Source: an uncultured archaeon
Lineage (GTDB): Archaea; Iainarchaeota; Iainarchaeia; Iainarchaeales; JAAZKV01
DNA length: 32,000 nt
Assembly: GCA_964551375.1 (NCBI GenBank)
Contig: CAZKBG010000001.1
Span: 480,001 to 512,000 of the forward strand
Direction of reading: 5' to 3'
The notes beneath the pieces were generated by a model. That model was not told the DNA's origin. It saw only the letters and a program-made list of their open reading frames with translations, and searched no databases. Each line of letters begins with the position of its first letter. The stretch's first letter is position 1. Position numbers and translations under genes: made by a program. This document shows positions 18,545 to 26,695 of this stretch, piece by piece.

Positions 18545-19318
18545 TTAAATCTCTGATTCCTTGATTGTTACTCCGCCACTCTCAAGCGCGTAAGGAATAG
18601 TTTGTTTTGAATGGTCAGTGTAACGCATTTTTCTAATTAACAAGCTTCTCAAATCAACAGAGCCTACTCCGACATAGTGGAGAACTAAAACACCGTCTGC
18701 GATGAATTCGCTCACACCATCAGCGCTTAAAGTTTTTTCATCTTCAGGAAGCTCGGTAGTAAGCATTGTTGTAACGCCATACTTTTTTACTTCCTTAAAT
18801 AGTTTGTAAAGAACATTTTTGTTCCAAATCTCTTCAGATCTTGGAATCGGGTTGATTGTTTCAGCAATCTGAACCATTGAGAAAGTGTTTCCGTCAGCAA
18901 TTCCAGATAAAAGCAAGTTATCAACAAGAGTTGTCAAAGAATCAACAACAATTCTTTTTGGCTTAAATTCATTAATCACGTTATTCAAAGTCTCTGGGAA
19001 TTTTGATCCGCCTGTAATATCATAATACCAAATTTTAATCAAATTCTTCTGTTCAAGCTCCGCAAGTCTCCAATTATAAGCCCCAGCCTGCTTGTACAAT
19101 TCTTCCCTGTTCTGCTCCGTAGAAATGTAAAGGCCTTTTTCTCCAAAAATAGTAGCGCCGTTAACCAAGAACTGCATGCAAAAAGTGGATTTACCAGTTC
19201 CTGCTCCGCCCGAAATTAAAACAGTGTTTCCATTTGGAACCCCGCCGTTCATGGCTTTATCAAGACCCTGAATACCAGTCTTTGTTCGAATAATCTCCTG
19301 CAAAGGCATTTTTTCCAA
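18545..19318 (-). CDS. KaiC/RadA-like RecA-superfamily ATPase
   Basis: TGIQGLDKAMNGGVPNGNTVLISGGAGTGKSTFCMQFLVNGA (Walker A), KRIVVDSLTTLVDN (Walker B), SVDLRSLLIRKMRYTDHS. Confidence 0.88.
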   Translation of the reverse strand: MEKMPLQEIIRTKTGIQGLDKAMNGGVPNGNTVLISGGAGTGKSTFCMQFLVNGATIFGEKGLYISTEQNREELYKQAGAYNWRLAELEQKNLIKIWYYDITGGSKFPETLNNVINEFKPKRIVVDSLTTLVDNLLLSGIADGNTFSMVQIAETINPIPRSEEIWNKNVLYKLFKEVKKYGVTTMLTTELPEDEKTLSADGVSEFIADGVLVLHYVGVGSVDLRSLLIRKMRYTDHSKQTIPYALESGGVTIKESEI

Positions 19319-19395
19319 CTCTGTACTTAGTAAAAAGAACTAGTATTTAAAGATGACTATGGACACAAAAAATTAATCCACTACTTAAATTTGGT

Positions 19396-21711
19396 TCAAA
19401 TAAAAGCAGAAACTGTTTTTGCGCCGAGATACTTTTTGGCAAGATCGGTAAATTCAGCCACTGCGCCAGCCAAATCATCATCGCTTGTCATGCTTTCAAT
19501 GTAAATAACAGCGTTTTTTGTCCCTTCAGTGAATTTTGTTTTGTCAGATTCTCTCCAGTTCCATCTTCTGCATAAAACATCCTTATCATCGCGGTAAATT
19601 ACTTCCCCTTTATTTGGATGCTCTTTCATTTTTCCGCCAATCATAAAGAAATTTTCAGAGCCATCAGCAATTGTGAGCCTTACTTTTCCCTCAACTTTAT
19701 CCAAGTCATCTCCACCCACAGGAACAACATATTTTATTGAAATTAAATTATACAAATCAACAAGCGAGTTTATGTTTGGAAGAGGATTGTTGTTCAAAAC
19801 TCTCCTCACAAGCGCATCAACTGAAGGCTTGTTCTTTGCAGGATCGCCGTTGAACGAAGAATATGATGCTCTCCAAGCTTTAAGCTGAGGAATATCAAGA
19901 GGATTAAATCCGCCAAATCTTGCCCTAAGCGCTGATTCTTCAGCCCTCAATAAAGAAGTAATTTCCTTATTTTCCTTGGAATTTGTTATTCCTTCAAGAA
20001 CTACCACGCCAGCTTTATACCCTGGAAACTTTTCAACAACAGAAGAACTTATTTCAAATTTCAATTTTCCCAAATCAACTTCTTTTGATTTATTCTCATA
20101 AGATTTCTTGGATAACGGCTTGTCAATCGACTCGAGAAGCGCTTTAACTTTATCAAGACCGATAACTATTATGAAGTTTGATAATTTTGGCCCGAAGTTT
20201 TTATTTATTATTATTTTATAAAACGCAGTGAAGAATTCTTTTTGTTCAATTCCAGATTCTTTGCACGCTTCCCCAAAAAGCTTAATCAATTCATCTTCGC
20301 TCTTGCCAAGCATCTGTTTTGCAACAAATCTAATTGCCGCTTTCTGCTTGTCAGTCAATGCGAGCTTTGCGTCATCGCTTGCATCATTTTGCAAAACAAA
20401 CTTGAAATTGTCTTCAGCATAATTGTCAATCCAAAACTTTACCCTATCAACCATTGAATTAACATACTTCATGTCAAAAGAGTTGAAATAGGAGGCAATT
20501 TTTTTCCTGTCAAACTGATACACCTGCGAAACAGTCACAAGATGCCTAAAATCAATCTGTGAAGGAATTTCTTTTGGCAATGAAACGGAACTTAATTCAT
20601 AAATTCGGTTGTTTAATTCAAGGTCCTCTTTTTCGCACGGCTCTTTTCCAAAATAAATTCTTTCAACTTTCTGAAACTCCGAGTAAAGCCTTATTACATC
20701 CATTCCCTCAAAGCTCACTTCAAAATATTTTTCAGGCCTTTTTGAAACAAAAATGTACCTAATAATTTCCGGAGTGTAAACGCCAAGCATTTCTTTTAAG
20801 TCAATAGTGTTTCCCTTAGAAGAAGACATTTTTCCTCCCTGCCCTTTGATTGAAATAAATTCATACATTATGTGTTCAGGCGGAATTCTTCCAAAAATAT
20901 CTTTTACAATTACTTCAGCAGTTGTATTGCTCCCTCCCTCGCTTGAGTGCTCTTTTCCAGAAGGCTCAAAATCAACTTTCTCAAACTCCCATCTCATAGG
21001 CCAGTCAACACGCCACTGAAGCTTTGCTATTCCTTTTTTTCTAAAATCAAAAGTATTAGTAAACCCGCATTGGCACATATAACTTAATGAATAATCCCCG
21101 TCATAGCCGATGATTGTAGTATCATCCTTGTTGCATTTCTCGCAAAATACTCTAACAGGATTCCATTCGCCTTCCAAATCCTCAGCTCTCCACTTATCAA
21201 GAACCTCTTTAATAGCATCTTTATTCAAAAGAGCTTTTTTCATCCCTTCAGAATAAGTGCACGCGCGGTATTTTTTTGCCTGATTCAAAAACTCAGGAAA
21301 AACACCCATTTGCGGAAGATAACTCTCAACAGTTTTTTCATTGTGCTCAGCATAACTCGCATGGCATCCAAAAGGATCAGGCACATCAACTATCGGCTGT
21401 CTCAAATATTTCTCAAGCATTTCTTTATTTGGAAAATTAGCGGGAACTTTTCTAAAAACATCATAGTCATCCCAAGAATAAATAAATCTGACTTTCTTTC
21501 CCTGCCTTGCAATCGCTTTTGCGACTAAATCAACAGTAATAATTTCCCTAAAATTTCCAATGTGAACAACGCCTGAAGGAGTAATGCCCGCAGCAACAGT
21601 GATTAAGTCCTGCCCTTTTCTTTTTTCAATGACATCCTTTGCTACCGCATCAGCCCAATGCACTTTTGAATCTGATTCATGCATTTTTTCATTAACAGCC
21701 ATTTTACCCAC
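19396..21711 (-). CDS. lysS: Class I lysyl-tRNA synthetase with C-terminal B3/B4-type domain
   Basis: TPSGVVHIGNFREIITVDLVAKAI, YSWDDYDVFRKVP, KGQGGKMSSSKGN. The C-terminal ~230 aa carry VRLTIADGSENFFMIGGKMKEHPNKGEVIYRDDKDVLCRRWNWRESDKTKFTEGTKNAVIYIESM, typical of solo B3/4 domains. Confidence 0.93.
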   Translation of the reverse strand: MGKMAVNEKMHESDSKVHWADAVAKDVIEKRKGQDLITVAAGITPSGVVHIGNFREIITVDLVAKAIARQGKKVRFIYSWDDYDVFRKVPANFPNKEMLEKYLRQPIVDVPDPFGCHASYAEHNEKTVESYLPQMGVFPEFLNQAKKYRACTYSEGMKKALLNKDAIKEVLDKWRAEDLEGEWNPVRVFCEKCNKDDTTIIGYDGDYSLSYMCQCGFTNTFDFRKKGIAKLQWRVDWPMRWEFEKVDFEPSGKEHSSEGGSNTTAEVIVKDIFGRIPPEHIMYEFISIKGQGGKMSSSKGNTIDLKEMLGVYTPEIIRYIFVSKRPEKYFEVSFEGMDVIRLYSEFQKVERIYFGKEPCEKEDLELNNRIYELSSVSLPKEIPSQIDFRHLVTVSQVYQFDRKKIASYFNSFDMKYVNSMVDRVKFWIDNYAEDNFKFVLQNDASDDAKLALTDKQKAAIRFVAKQMLGKSEDELIKLFGEACKESGIEQKEFFTAFYKIIINKNFGPKLSNFIIVIGLDKVKALLESIDKPLSKKSYENKSKEVDLGKLKFEISSSVVEKFPGYKAGVVVLEGITNSKENKEITSLLRAEESALRARFGGFNPLDIPQLKAWRASYSSFNGDPAKNKPSVDALVRRVLNNNPLPNINSLVDLYNLISIKYVVPVGGDDLDKVEGKVRLTIADGSENFFMIGGKMKEHPNKGEVIYRDDKDVLCRRWNWRESDKTKFTEGTKNAVIYIESMTSDDDLAGAVAEFTDLAKKYLGAKTVSAFI

Positions 21712-21852
21712 TTATGTGTAAAGTAATACTTCGGGCGTTTAGTTAAAAAAGCTTGGCTTAAATTACGAAAAGAGCAGTTTAGGATTAGAGCCATTTTAAG
21801 CTCGGGCATTACTATAAAAACCCCCAAAGCAAGAAATATTTAACGTGATATA

Positions 21853-22716
21853 ATGGGAAGGGCAGAGCTTTATAGAAAAGGGGGACCAGCACAGAAAATG
21901 CAAGGCGCAAGAAAATTAAGAGCCACAGGCAACCCGATTTTTCGCCCAGCAGTCGGAATTAACAATAAAACAATGCAAATGGTGCTGAAAAGATGGACTG
22001 AAAGAAAAAGAGCCGAAGTGGTAAAAACAAAATTGCCCCAAAAATTAAAAGAAATTGCAGGACAAACTCCAAAACCAAGCAGGACCCAAATAAATCAAGC
22101 AGTTCAAGCATGGCTTAAGGGAGAAGAACACAGAGTGATGTCCTACTCGCACCCCATAAAAGGAGCAAATGCGACAGGAAGCGAAGTTGCGATGAGATTT
22201 GCAGGCAAAGGACTTACTGAAAAAGCAAGAAGACTTGCGGGGCTAAATCCAGAAGCAGCGCAGACTTTTTCAAGATTATTTAGAACCACTACAATTAATG
22301 TGCCTGAAATTAAGCTATACGTCGGACTTCCAACAGCAATAATTATGCTGAAATTAATAAATAAGGCAGGGTTTAGAAGAGCAAATGCCGCAGTCAAAGT
22401 TGTTTCAAGAGAATCAAGCAGAATCATGAATAAAAATAAGCATAACAAAAAACTATCCTCATACCACAGCGACGCTTTCAATAACATCAGCAGCATGTTT
22501 TCAATGGCGCACACACTAAGAGAGCTTATGCTGCTTGACAAAAGAAACGGACTTGAAGCAGCAATGGATACAATCCATGCAAGGGAAGAAGCTCTTGCAA
22601 AGCTAAAAGCGCACCCAGAAGTACAAAATTACAATTCTATCGCAAAAAGACTGGCTTCTGAAATTGAAGAAGGAAAAAGAGAAGCTGAAATATTCAAACA
22701 ACAGAATGGACTTTAA
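21853..22716 (+). CDS. Uncharacterised basic protein, paralog A1
   Basis: Complete ORF. Shares TG(S/T)E(V/L)A(M/V)R...and LKLINKAG / IKLINREG segments with the downstream gene. Confidence 0.7.
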   Translation: MGRAELYRKGGPAQKMQGARKLRATGNPIFRPAVGINNKTMQMVLKRWTERKRAEVVKTKLPQKLKEIAGQTPKPSRTQINQAVQAWLKGEEHRVMSYSHPIKGANATGSEVAMRFAGKGLTEKARRLAGLNPEAAQTFSRLFRTTTINVPEIKLYVGLPTAIIMLKLINKAGFRRANAAVKVVSRESSRIMNKNKHNKKLSSYHSDAFNNISSMFSMAHTLRELMLLDKRNGLEAAMDTIHAREEALAKLKAHPEVQNYNSIAKRLASEIEEGKREAEIFKQQNGL

Positions 22717-22732
22717 TTTTTCATGAGTACAG

Positions 22733-22741
22733 TTATATAAA
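22733..22741 (+). promoter_or_regulatory. Putative TATA box upstream of 22763 CDS
   Basis: ttatataaa about 26 nt upstream of the ATG at 22763. Confidence 0.55.
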
Positions 22742-22762
22742 CAACTGAGGCTGAAATTATTT

Positions 22763-23761
22763 ATGCCACAATTAAAACCAAGATTAACTCCATTGCAGGC
22801 GGAAAAACTGCGAAAAGCAAGGGAGCGAAAGGGAAAAGGATTGCCTTTTATTTACCCTATGCAGGGAATGACTAAAGAGGCGCAGCTGGCAGTGATTCAA
22901 AGAATAAAACAAGACAAAGAAAGATCTTTAATAGAAAAAATGAAACAAAGAAAAGTTGCAAAAATACGGGGAAAAATTATCCGCGAAATTGAGCCTGCTT
23001 TTGAAAAAATGACCCACAACGAAAGAACTACAATAAGACCGAGCATAATGCACACGCTTTCAAGCGAACTTTCAACAATACGTTTTCCTGAAACAAGAAA
23101 AGAAGCAGAGCAAGTGGAAAGAGTTCTAAGAATGCACCGAAAAGGAAAAGGGAAAACAATAAACTCACATGATATTGCAATAATAAGAGGAGGATCAAAA
23201 GTAACTGGAACCGAACTTGCAGTAAGGCTAGTTTCGCGAGAACTTATTCAAACAGCAAGACAAATAGGAATTGCGCATGAAAGCGCGCTTGTTGTTGAAA
23301 GGTTACTGCATAATAGAAATCAAAAAATACACGGCACAAATGTCACTACCTATCCTCCAAATAGCTTACTTTTTATTAAGCTGATAAATAGAGAAGGCGA
23401 ACAAAAAGCGGTGCATGTAATTGATGAAGTTGAGAAGCGCGCAGTGGAAATACAAAAAGACGCAAATTCACTTGGAAAAGAAACAAACTACAGCGATGTA
23501 TTTGTTAATGTAAGCCAAAAAGTTCAGCCCCTGCAAATGGGTTTAGAGATGAACCTAATGAATAAAGAAAAATTTGTCAAGCAAGCGTGGAATGACTTAA
23601 TGACAAGAACCCAAGCAGTGGCTTCAGCAAAAAAAACACATGGAGCAGCACTAGGAAAAGTTCTTGACAAGATTTCAAGTGAAAATATGTCATTTATGGG
23701 AGAAATACAGGAATACATGAAACGAAATAATATTGGCCCGCATGTACTATTCAGCAAATAA
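22763..23761 (+). CDS. Uncharacterised basic protein, paralog A2
   Basis: Complete ORF; central segment GGSKVTGTELAVRLVSRELIQTARQIGIAHESALVVERLL...LFIKLINREG aligns with the preceding protein. Confidence 0.75.
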   Translation: MPQLKPRLTPLQAEKLRKARERKGKGLPFIYPMQGMTKEAQLAVIQRIKQDKERSLIEKMKQRKVAKIRGKIIREIEPAFEKMTHNERTTIRPSIMHTLSSELSTIRFPETRKEAEQVERVLRMHRKGKGKTINSHDIAIIRGGSKVTGTELAVRLVSRELIQTARQIGIAHESALVVERLLHNRNQKIHGTNVTTYPPNSLLFIKLINREGEQKAVHVIDEVEKRAVEIQKDANSLGKETNYSDVFVNVSQKVQPLQMGLEMNLMNKEKFVKQAWNDLMTRTQAVASAKKTHGAALGKVLDKISSENMSFMGEIQEYMKRNNIGPHVLFSK

Positions 23762-23871
23762 ATGCTAAAAATAACCCAAAATGCTACTTAAAGACATCAA
23801 AAATTACCAGAATGTAATAAAAGATACACTCAAGCCCCCGAAGTATTTAATAATCACCAGGAAGGGTAATT

Positions 23872-23985
23872 AATGATGGATGTTAACTTTGTCTGGAGCT
23901 TATGATTCTGATTGTAGGCTCACCTCATTATTAAAGCTCCAGGCAGTTCACCAGTTTAACATCCGCTCACCTAATAATCCCCCAA
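23872..23985 (+). ncRNA. Candidate structured non-coding RNA of unknown class (approximate ends)
   Basis: Nested helices: GGATGTTAA (23878-23886)/TTTAACATCC with 9 consecutive pairs ending at 23964, and GTCTGGAGCTT (23891-23901)/AAGCTCCAGGC (23934-23944), 11 pairs. TATA-like tatttaat lies ~25-30 nt upstream. No ORF fits. Confidence 0.5.
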
Positions 23986-24053
23986 GCCGAGAGGCTCGAC
24001 ATTATTTGAAAATTTTGTGGCAACCATAAACCCATCAAACAAACTTTTAGAAA

Positions 24054-24124
24054 GGGGTTGTGGTATAACGGCATTACGCAAGGTTCCAGACTTTGTTATT
24101 TGGGTTCAACTCCCAATAACCCCA
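24054..24124 (+). tRNA. tRNA-Trp (anticodon CCA), no intron
   Basis: Acceptor GGGGTTG/TAACCCC plus discriminator A, anticodon arm CAAGG-TTCCAGA-CTTTG, T arm TTGGG-TTCAACT-CCCAA. Confidence 0.92.
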
Positions 24125-24160
24125 TAATAACTTTAAAAACAAGAACGGAGTTGATTATTT

Positions 24161-25291
24161 GTGGAAGAAAGAAAGCGTGATGAGATGAATAAAGAAGAAA
24201 CAGTGATTATTGACCCTTGGGGAAAAGAGCTTGTCCAGGACTACACACGTTTAATCAAAGAGTTCGGGATGGAAGCGTTTGACAATAATATTTTCCCAGA
24301 GCCAAGCTTGCAGATGCGAAGAGGAGTAAATTTTGGAATGCAGGACGGAGAACAGATTGCAAAAGCCATAAAAGAAAAAAAACCATTCTACTGCCTCACA
24401 GGAATCATGCCATCAAGCGAAAAAATACACTTAGGAACTGAAACTGTTGTACAAAATGTTAGATACTTTCAGGACCACGGCGCAAAAACTTATATTTTAA
24501 TTGCGGATGTTGAATCACAAGCCACCCGCGGAGTATCACTTGAAGAAGGAAAAAGAAGAGCAATGGAATTTCACATACCAGCCTACGTGGCTCTTGGACT
24601 TGATATTACAAAAACAAATTTTTACCTTCAAAGTGAAAACAAAAAAGTTTCAAACCTTGCAGCAATATGCTCTCAAAAAATAACTGAAAATGAATTTAGA
24701 GCAATTTACGGAAGCGTTCACCCGTCAAAAGTAATGAGCGCTTTCACCCAAATGGGAGATATACTTTACCCGCAGCTTGAAGAAAGAATGCCAGGAGTAA
24801 TTCCTGTCGGAATTGACCAAGCCCCCCACATTAGAATGGTGAGGGATATTTCAAGAAGATTAAAACAAGATTATGGATTCTTCCTTCCAAGCGCAGTATA
24901 CAATAAATACACAAGCGCTCTTGACGGCTCGTTTAAAATGAGCAAAAGCTCGGGAGAATTCTCAAAATTTGATATTCCTGAAAAAGATATGAAAATGGTT
25001 GAGAAAAAAATACAAAAGGCGCTCACTGGCGGAAGGGCAACAAAAGAAGAACAGAGGGCAAAGGGCGGAGAAATAGATAAATGCGTTGTTTATGAATATT
25101 GCAAAAACCATTTCATAAAAGACGATAAAATTCTCTCGCAAATGTATGAAGAATGCGTGAGCGGCAAAAACCTTTGCGGAGAGTGCAAGGCAAAATTTGG
25201 AATACCGAATGCGGTAAAGTTTTACGAAGATTTTAATAAAAACTTTGAGAAAGCAAAAAAGTCAATAGGAAAAATAAAATTTGTGAACTGA
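24161..25291 (+). CDS. trpS: Tryptophanyl-tRNA synthetase (archaeal type)
   Basis: IIDPWGKELVQDYTRLIKEFG, TGIMPSSEKIHLGTETVV, IPVGIDQAPHIRMVRDISRR, GSFKMSKSSGEF, and C-terminal YEECVSGKNLCGECKAKFG. GTG start 24161; ATG at 24185 is an alternative. Confidence 0.9.
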   Translation: MEERKRDEMNKEETVIIDPWGKELVQDYTRLIKEFGMEAFDNNIFPEPSLQMRRGVNFGMQDGEQIAKAIKEKKPFYCLTGIMPSSEKIHLGTETVVQNVRYFQDHGAKTYILIADVESQATRGVSLEEGKRRAMEFHIPAYVALGLDITKTNFYLQSENKKVSNLAAICSQKITENEFRAIYGSVHPSKVMSAFTQMGDILYPQLEERMPGVIPVGIDQAPHIRMVRDISRRLKQDYGFFLPSAVYNKYTSALDGSFKMSKSSGEFSKFDIPEKDMKMVEKKIQKALTGGRATKEEQRAKGGEIDKCVVYEYCKNHFIKDDKILSQMYEECVSGKNLCGECKAKFGIPNAVKFYEDFNKNFEKAKKSIGKIKFVN

Positions 25292-25294
25292 TAT

Positions 25295-25990
25295 ATGCCT
25301 AAATTACATTCAAACAGGGCAATGCAACAGGAAAGAATACGCGCAAGCCAGAAACAGCTTCAGCTTTTGAGAAGAAAAGAAAAAATAAAAGGCCCAAAGT
25401 TTGAGGCAAACGGAAAACATTTCCAGCAGCAAAACAGATTAAGAACGCTTCTTGAGAGAGTGCGCCCAAGAGCAATGAAGCCCCAGCAGGAATTTGGAAC
25501 AGGAGTGGACTTTGTATTCGCTGGGAAAAAGATTGATTTTAAGTTTGGATTTGGAACACTCGGACACAACACAATAAGCGTGAGAATGAACGGAAATGAA
25601 CTCATAAACAAATCAGACTGGACAATGGTATGCAACGAACGCGGAGACATAATCATATTTGGGACAGACAGGATACGCGACTTTGTAAAAATGAACAGAA
25701 GCAAAATGAAGCAAAATATGTTTCTAAATAAAGGCACTTATACAATGCACAGAATCCCATTAAGCGAAATGCTTGGGGAAACAAGATACACTGGGAACAT
25801 ACGCTCGGGAAAAGGAATCCTTAAAGCATTAAAAAAAATGAACCGAATTGACAACCCGAATATGCCTGCCAAAAGCCCTTTTTTAGGACTAGGACAAAGC
25901 AAAGCTGAACGGATAAGGATTGCGCAATCTTTCACACGAATGGGCGCGCCGCCGCAAAGGCCGAGATTTGACCGCAGAATAGGCAGATGA
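25295..25990 (+). CDS. Uncharacterised protein, paralog B1 (possible PD-(D/E)XK-like fold)
   Basis: GVDFVFAGKKIDFKFGFGTLGHNTISVRMNGNELINKSDWTMVCN shared with the next gene. Confidence 0.7.
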   Translation: MPKLHSNRAMQQERIRASQKQLQLLRRKEKIKGPKFEANGKHFQQQNRLRTLLERVRPRAMKPQQEFGTGVDFVFAGKKIDFKFGFGTLGHNTISVRMNGNELINKSDWTMVCNERGDIIIFGTDRIRDFVKMNRSKMKQNMFLNKGTYTMHRIPLSEMLGETRYTGNIRSGKGILKALKKMNRIDNPNMPAKSPFLGLGQSKAERIRIAQSFTRMGAPPQRPRFDRRIGR

Positions 25991-25995
25991 AAATA

Positions 25996-26003
25996 ATTAT
26001 AAA
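25996..26003 (+). promoter_or_regulatory. Putative TATA box upstream of 26029 CDS
   Basis: attataaa about 29 nt upstream of the ATG at 26029. Confidence 0.4.
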
Positions 26004-26028
26004 CAAGAAGCGTGTTAAAAGGTAAATA

Positions 26029-26673
26029 ATGTTTGATGCCCCAAACAATGCCTTACTGTTGGAACTTTTTTTAGAGCACACTCGCGCCAAAAATTGCAGG
26101 AAAATTTCTTTTAGAAAAAAAATCCAGCAGAAAATAAACCCAACCTGCATGGAGCAGAACAAAATGCGTTCAGTGCTTTTGGAAATGATTCCAAAAGAAA
26201 TGGAAATAATAGAAGACGCGCATTTTGGAGTGGATTATTTATACCGCGGAATAAAAATTGACCAAAAGTTTTCATTCGGCGCGCTTGGAAAAAATACCAT
26301 CAAAATCAGGGTAAAAAACAGAAGGCTTGTGAATAACTCTGACTGGACAATGATAATAAACAAAAACTGGGAGCTTGAATTCTTTGAAACCGGAAAGCTT
26401 GAAGAATTTGTGCGAAAGAACTGGAGCACTGTTCAGAAAAGACTTGTTGAAAAGAAAAAATATTACGCAGAGTATTCAATAAAGCTTGATGAACTTTACC
26501 AGCTTGAAAAAATCGAGCCTCTGAAGGCAAATCTTGAAAAAGAAATGCTGATTAACGGGCTTAGCCAAATTGAGTTTATTGAAAATGAAAAAGAGCTCCC
26601 CCAAACACAGCTCGTGTTTGATGACTCAATTCTAAAAAGAAGCGTTCTAACTCTCGCACACAAAAGCCCTTAA
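26029..26673 (+). CDS. Uncharacterised protein, paralog B2 (possible PD-(D/E)XK-like fold)
   Basis: FGVDYLYRGIKIDQKFSFGALGKNTIKIRVKNRRLVNNSDWTMIIN aligns with paralog B1. Confidence 0.7.
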   Translation: MFDAPNNALLLELFLEHTRAKNCRKISFRKKIQQKINPTCMEQNKMRSVLLEMIPKEMEIIEDAHFGVDYLYRGIKIDQKFSFGALGKNTIKIRVKNRRLVNNSDWTMIINKNWELEFFETGKLEEFVRKNWSTVQKRLVEKKKYYAEYSIKLDELYQLEKIEPLKANLEKEMLINGLSQIEFIENEKELPQTQLVFDDSILKRSVLTLAHKSP

Positions 26674-26695
26674 ATATTACTCTACTTTATTAATT

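Noticed and set aside
17866-19345. Similar agtactta-like strings upstream of 17865 and near 19325-19335 as a shared regulatory site
   Set aside because: Only about 8-9 AT-rich bases match, which is expected by chance in this sequence.
22143-22541. Minus-strand ORF (132 aa)
   Set aside because: Fully antisense to the 21853..22716 gene; a shadow ORF.
23871-23915. Possible C/D-box sRNA: AATGATGG (C-like) and TTCTGATT (D-like) motifs
   Set aside because: The C-like box has a mismatch, the spacing and long nested helices do not match a compact C/D sRNA, and no C'/D' pair fits.
23872-23985. Assignment of the structured RNA to RNase P, SRP or 5S rRNA
   Set aside because: I could not find the conserved CR-I GAGGAAAGUCC, the SRP helix 8 motif or the 5S loop motifs, and the element is too short for RNase P or SRP RNA.
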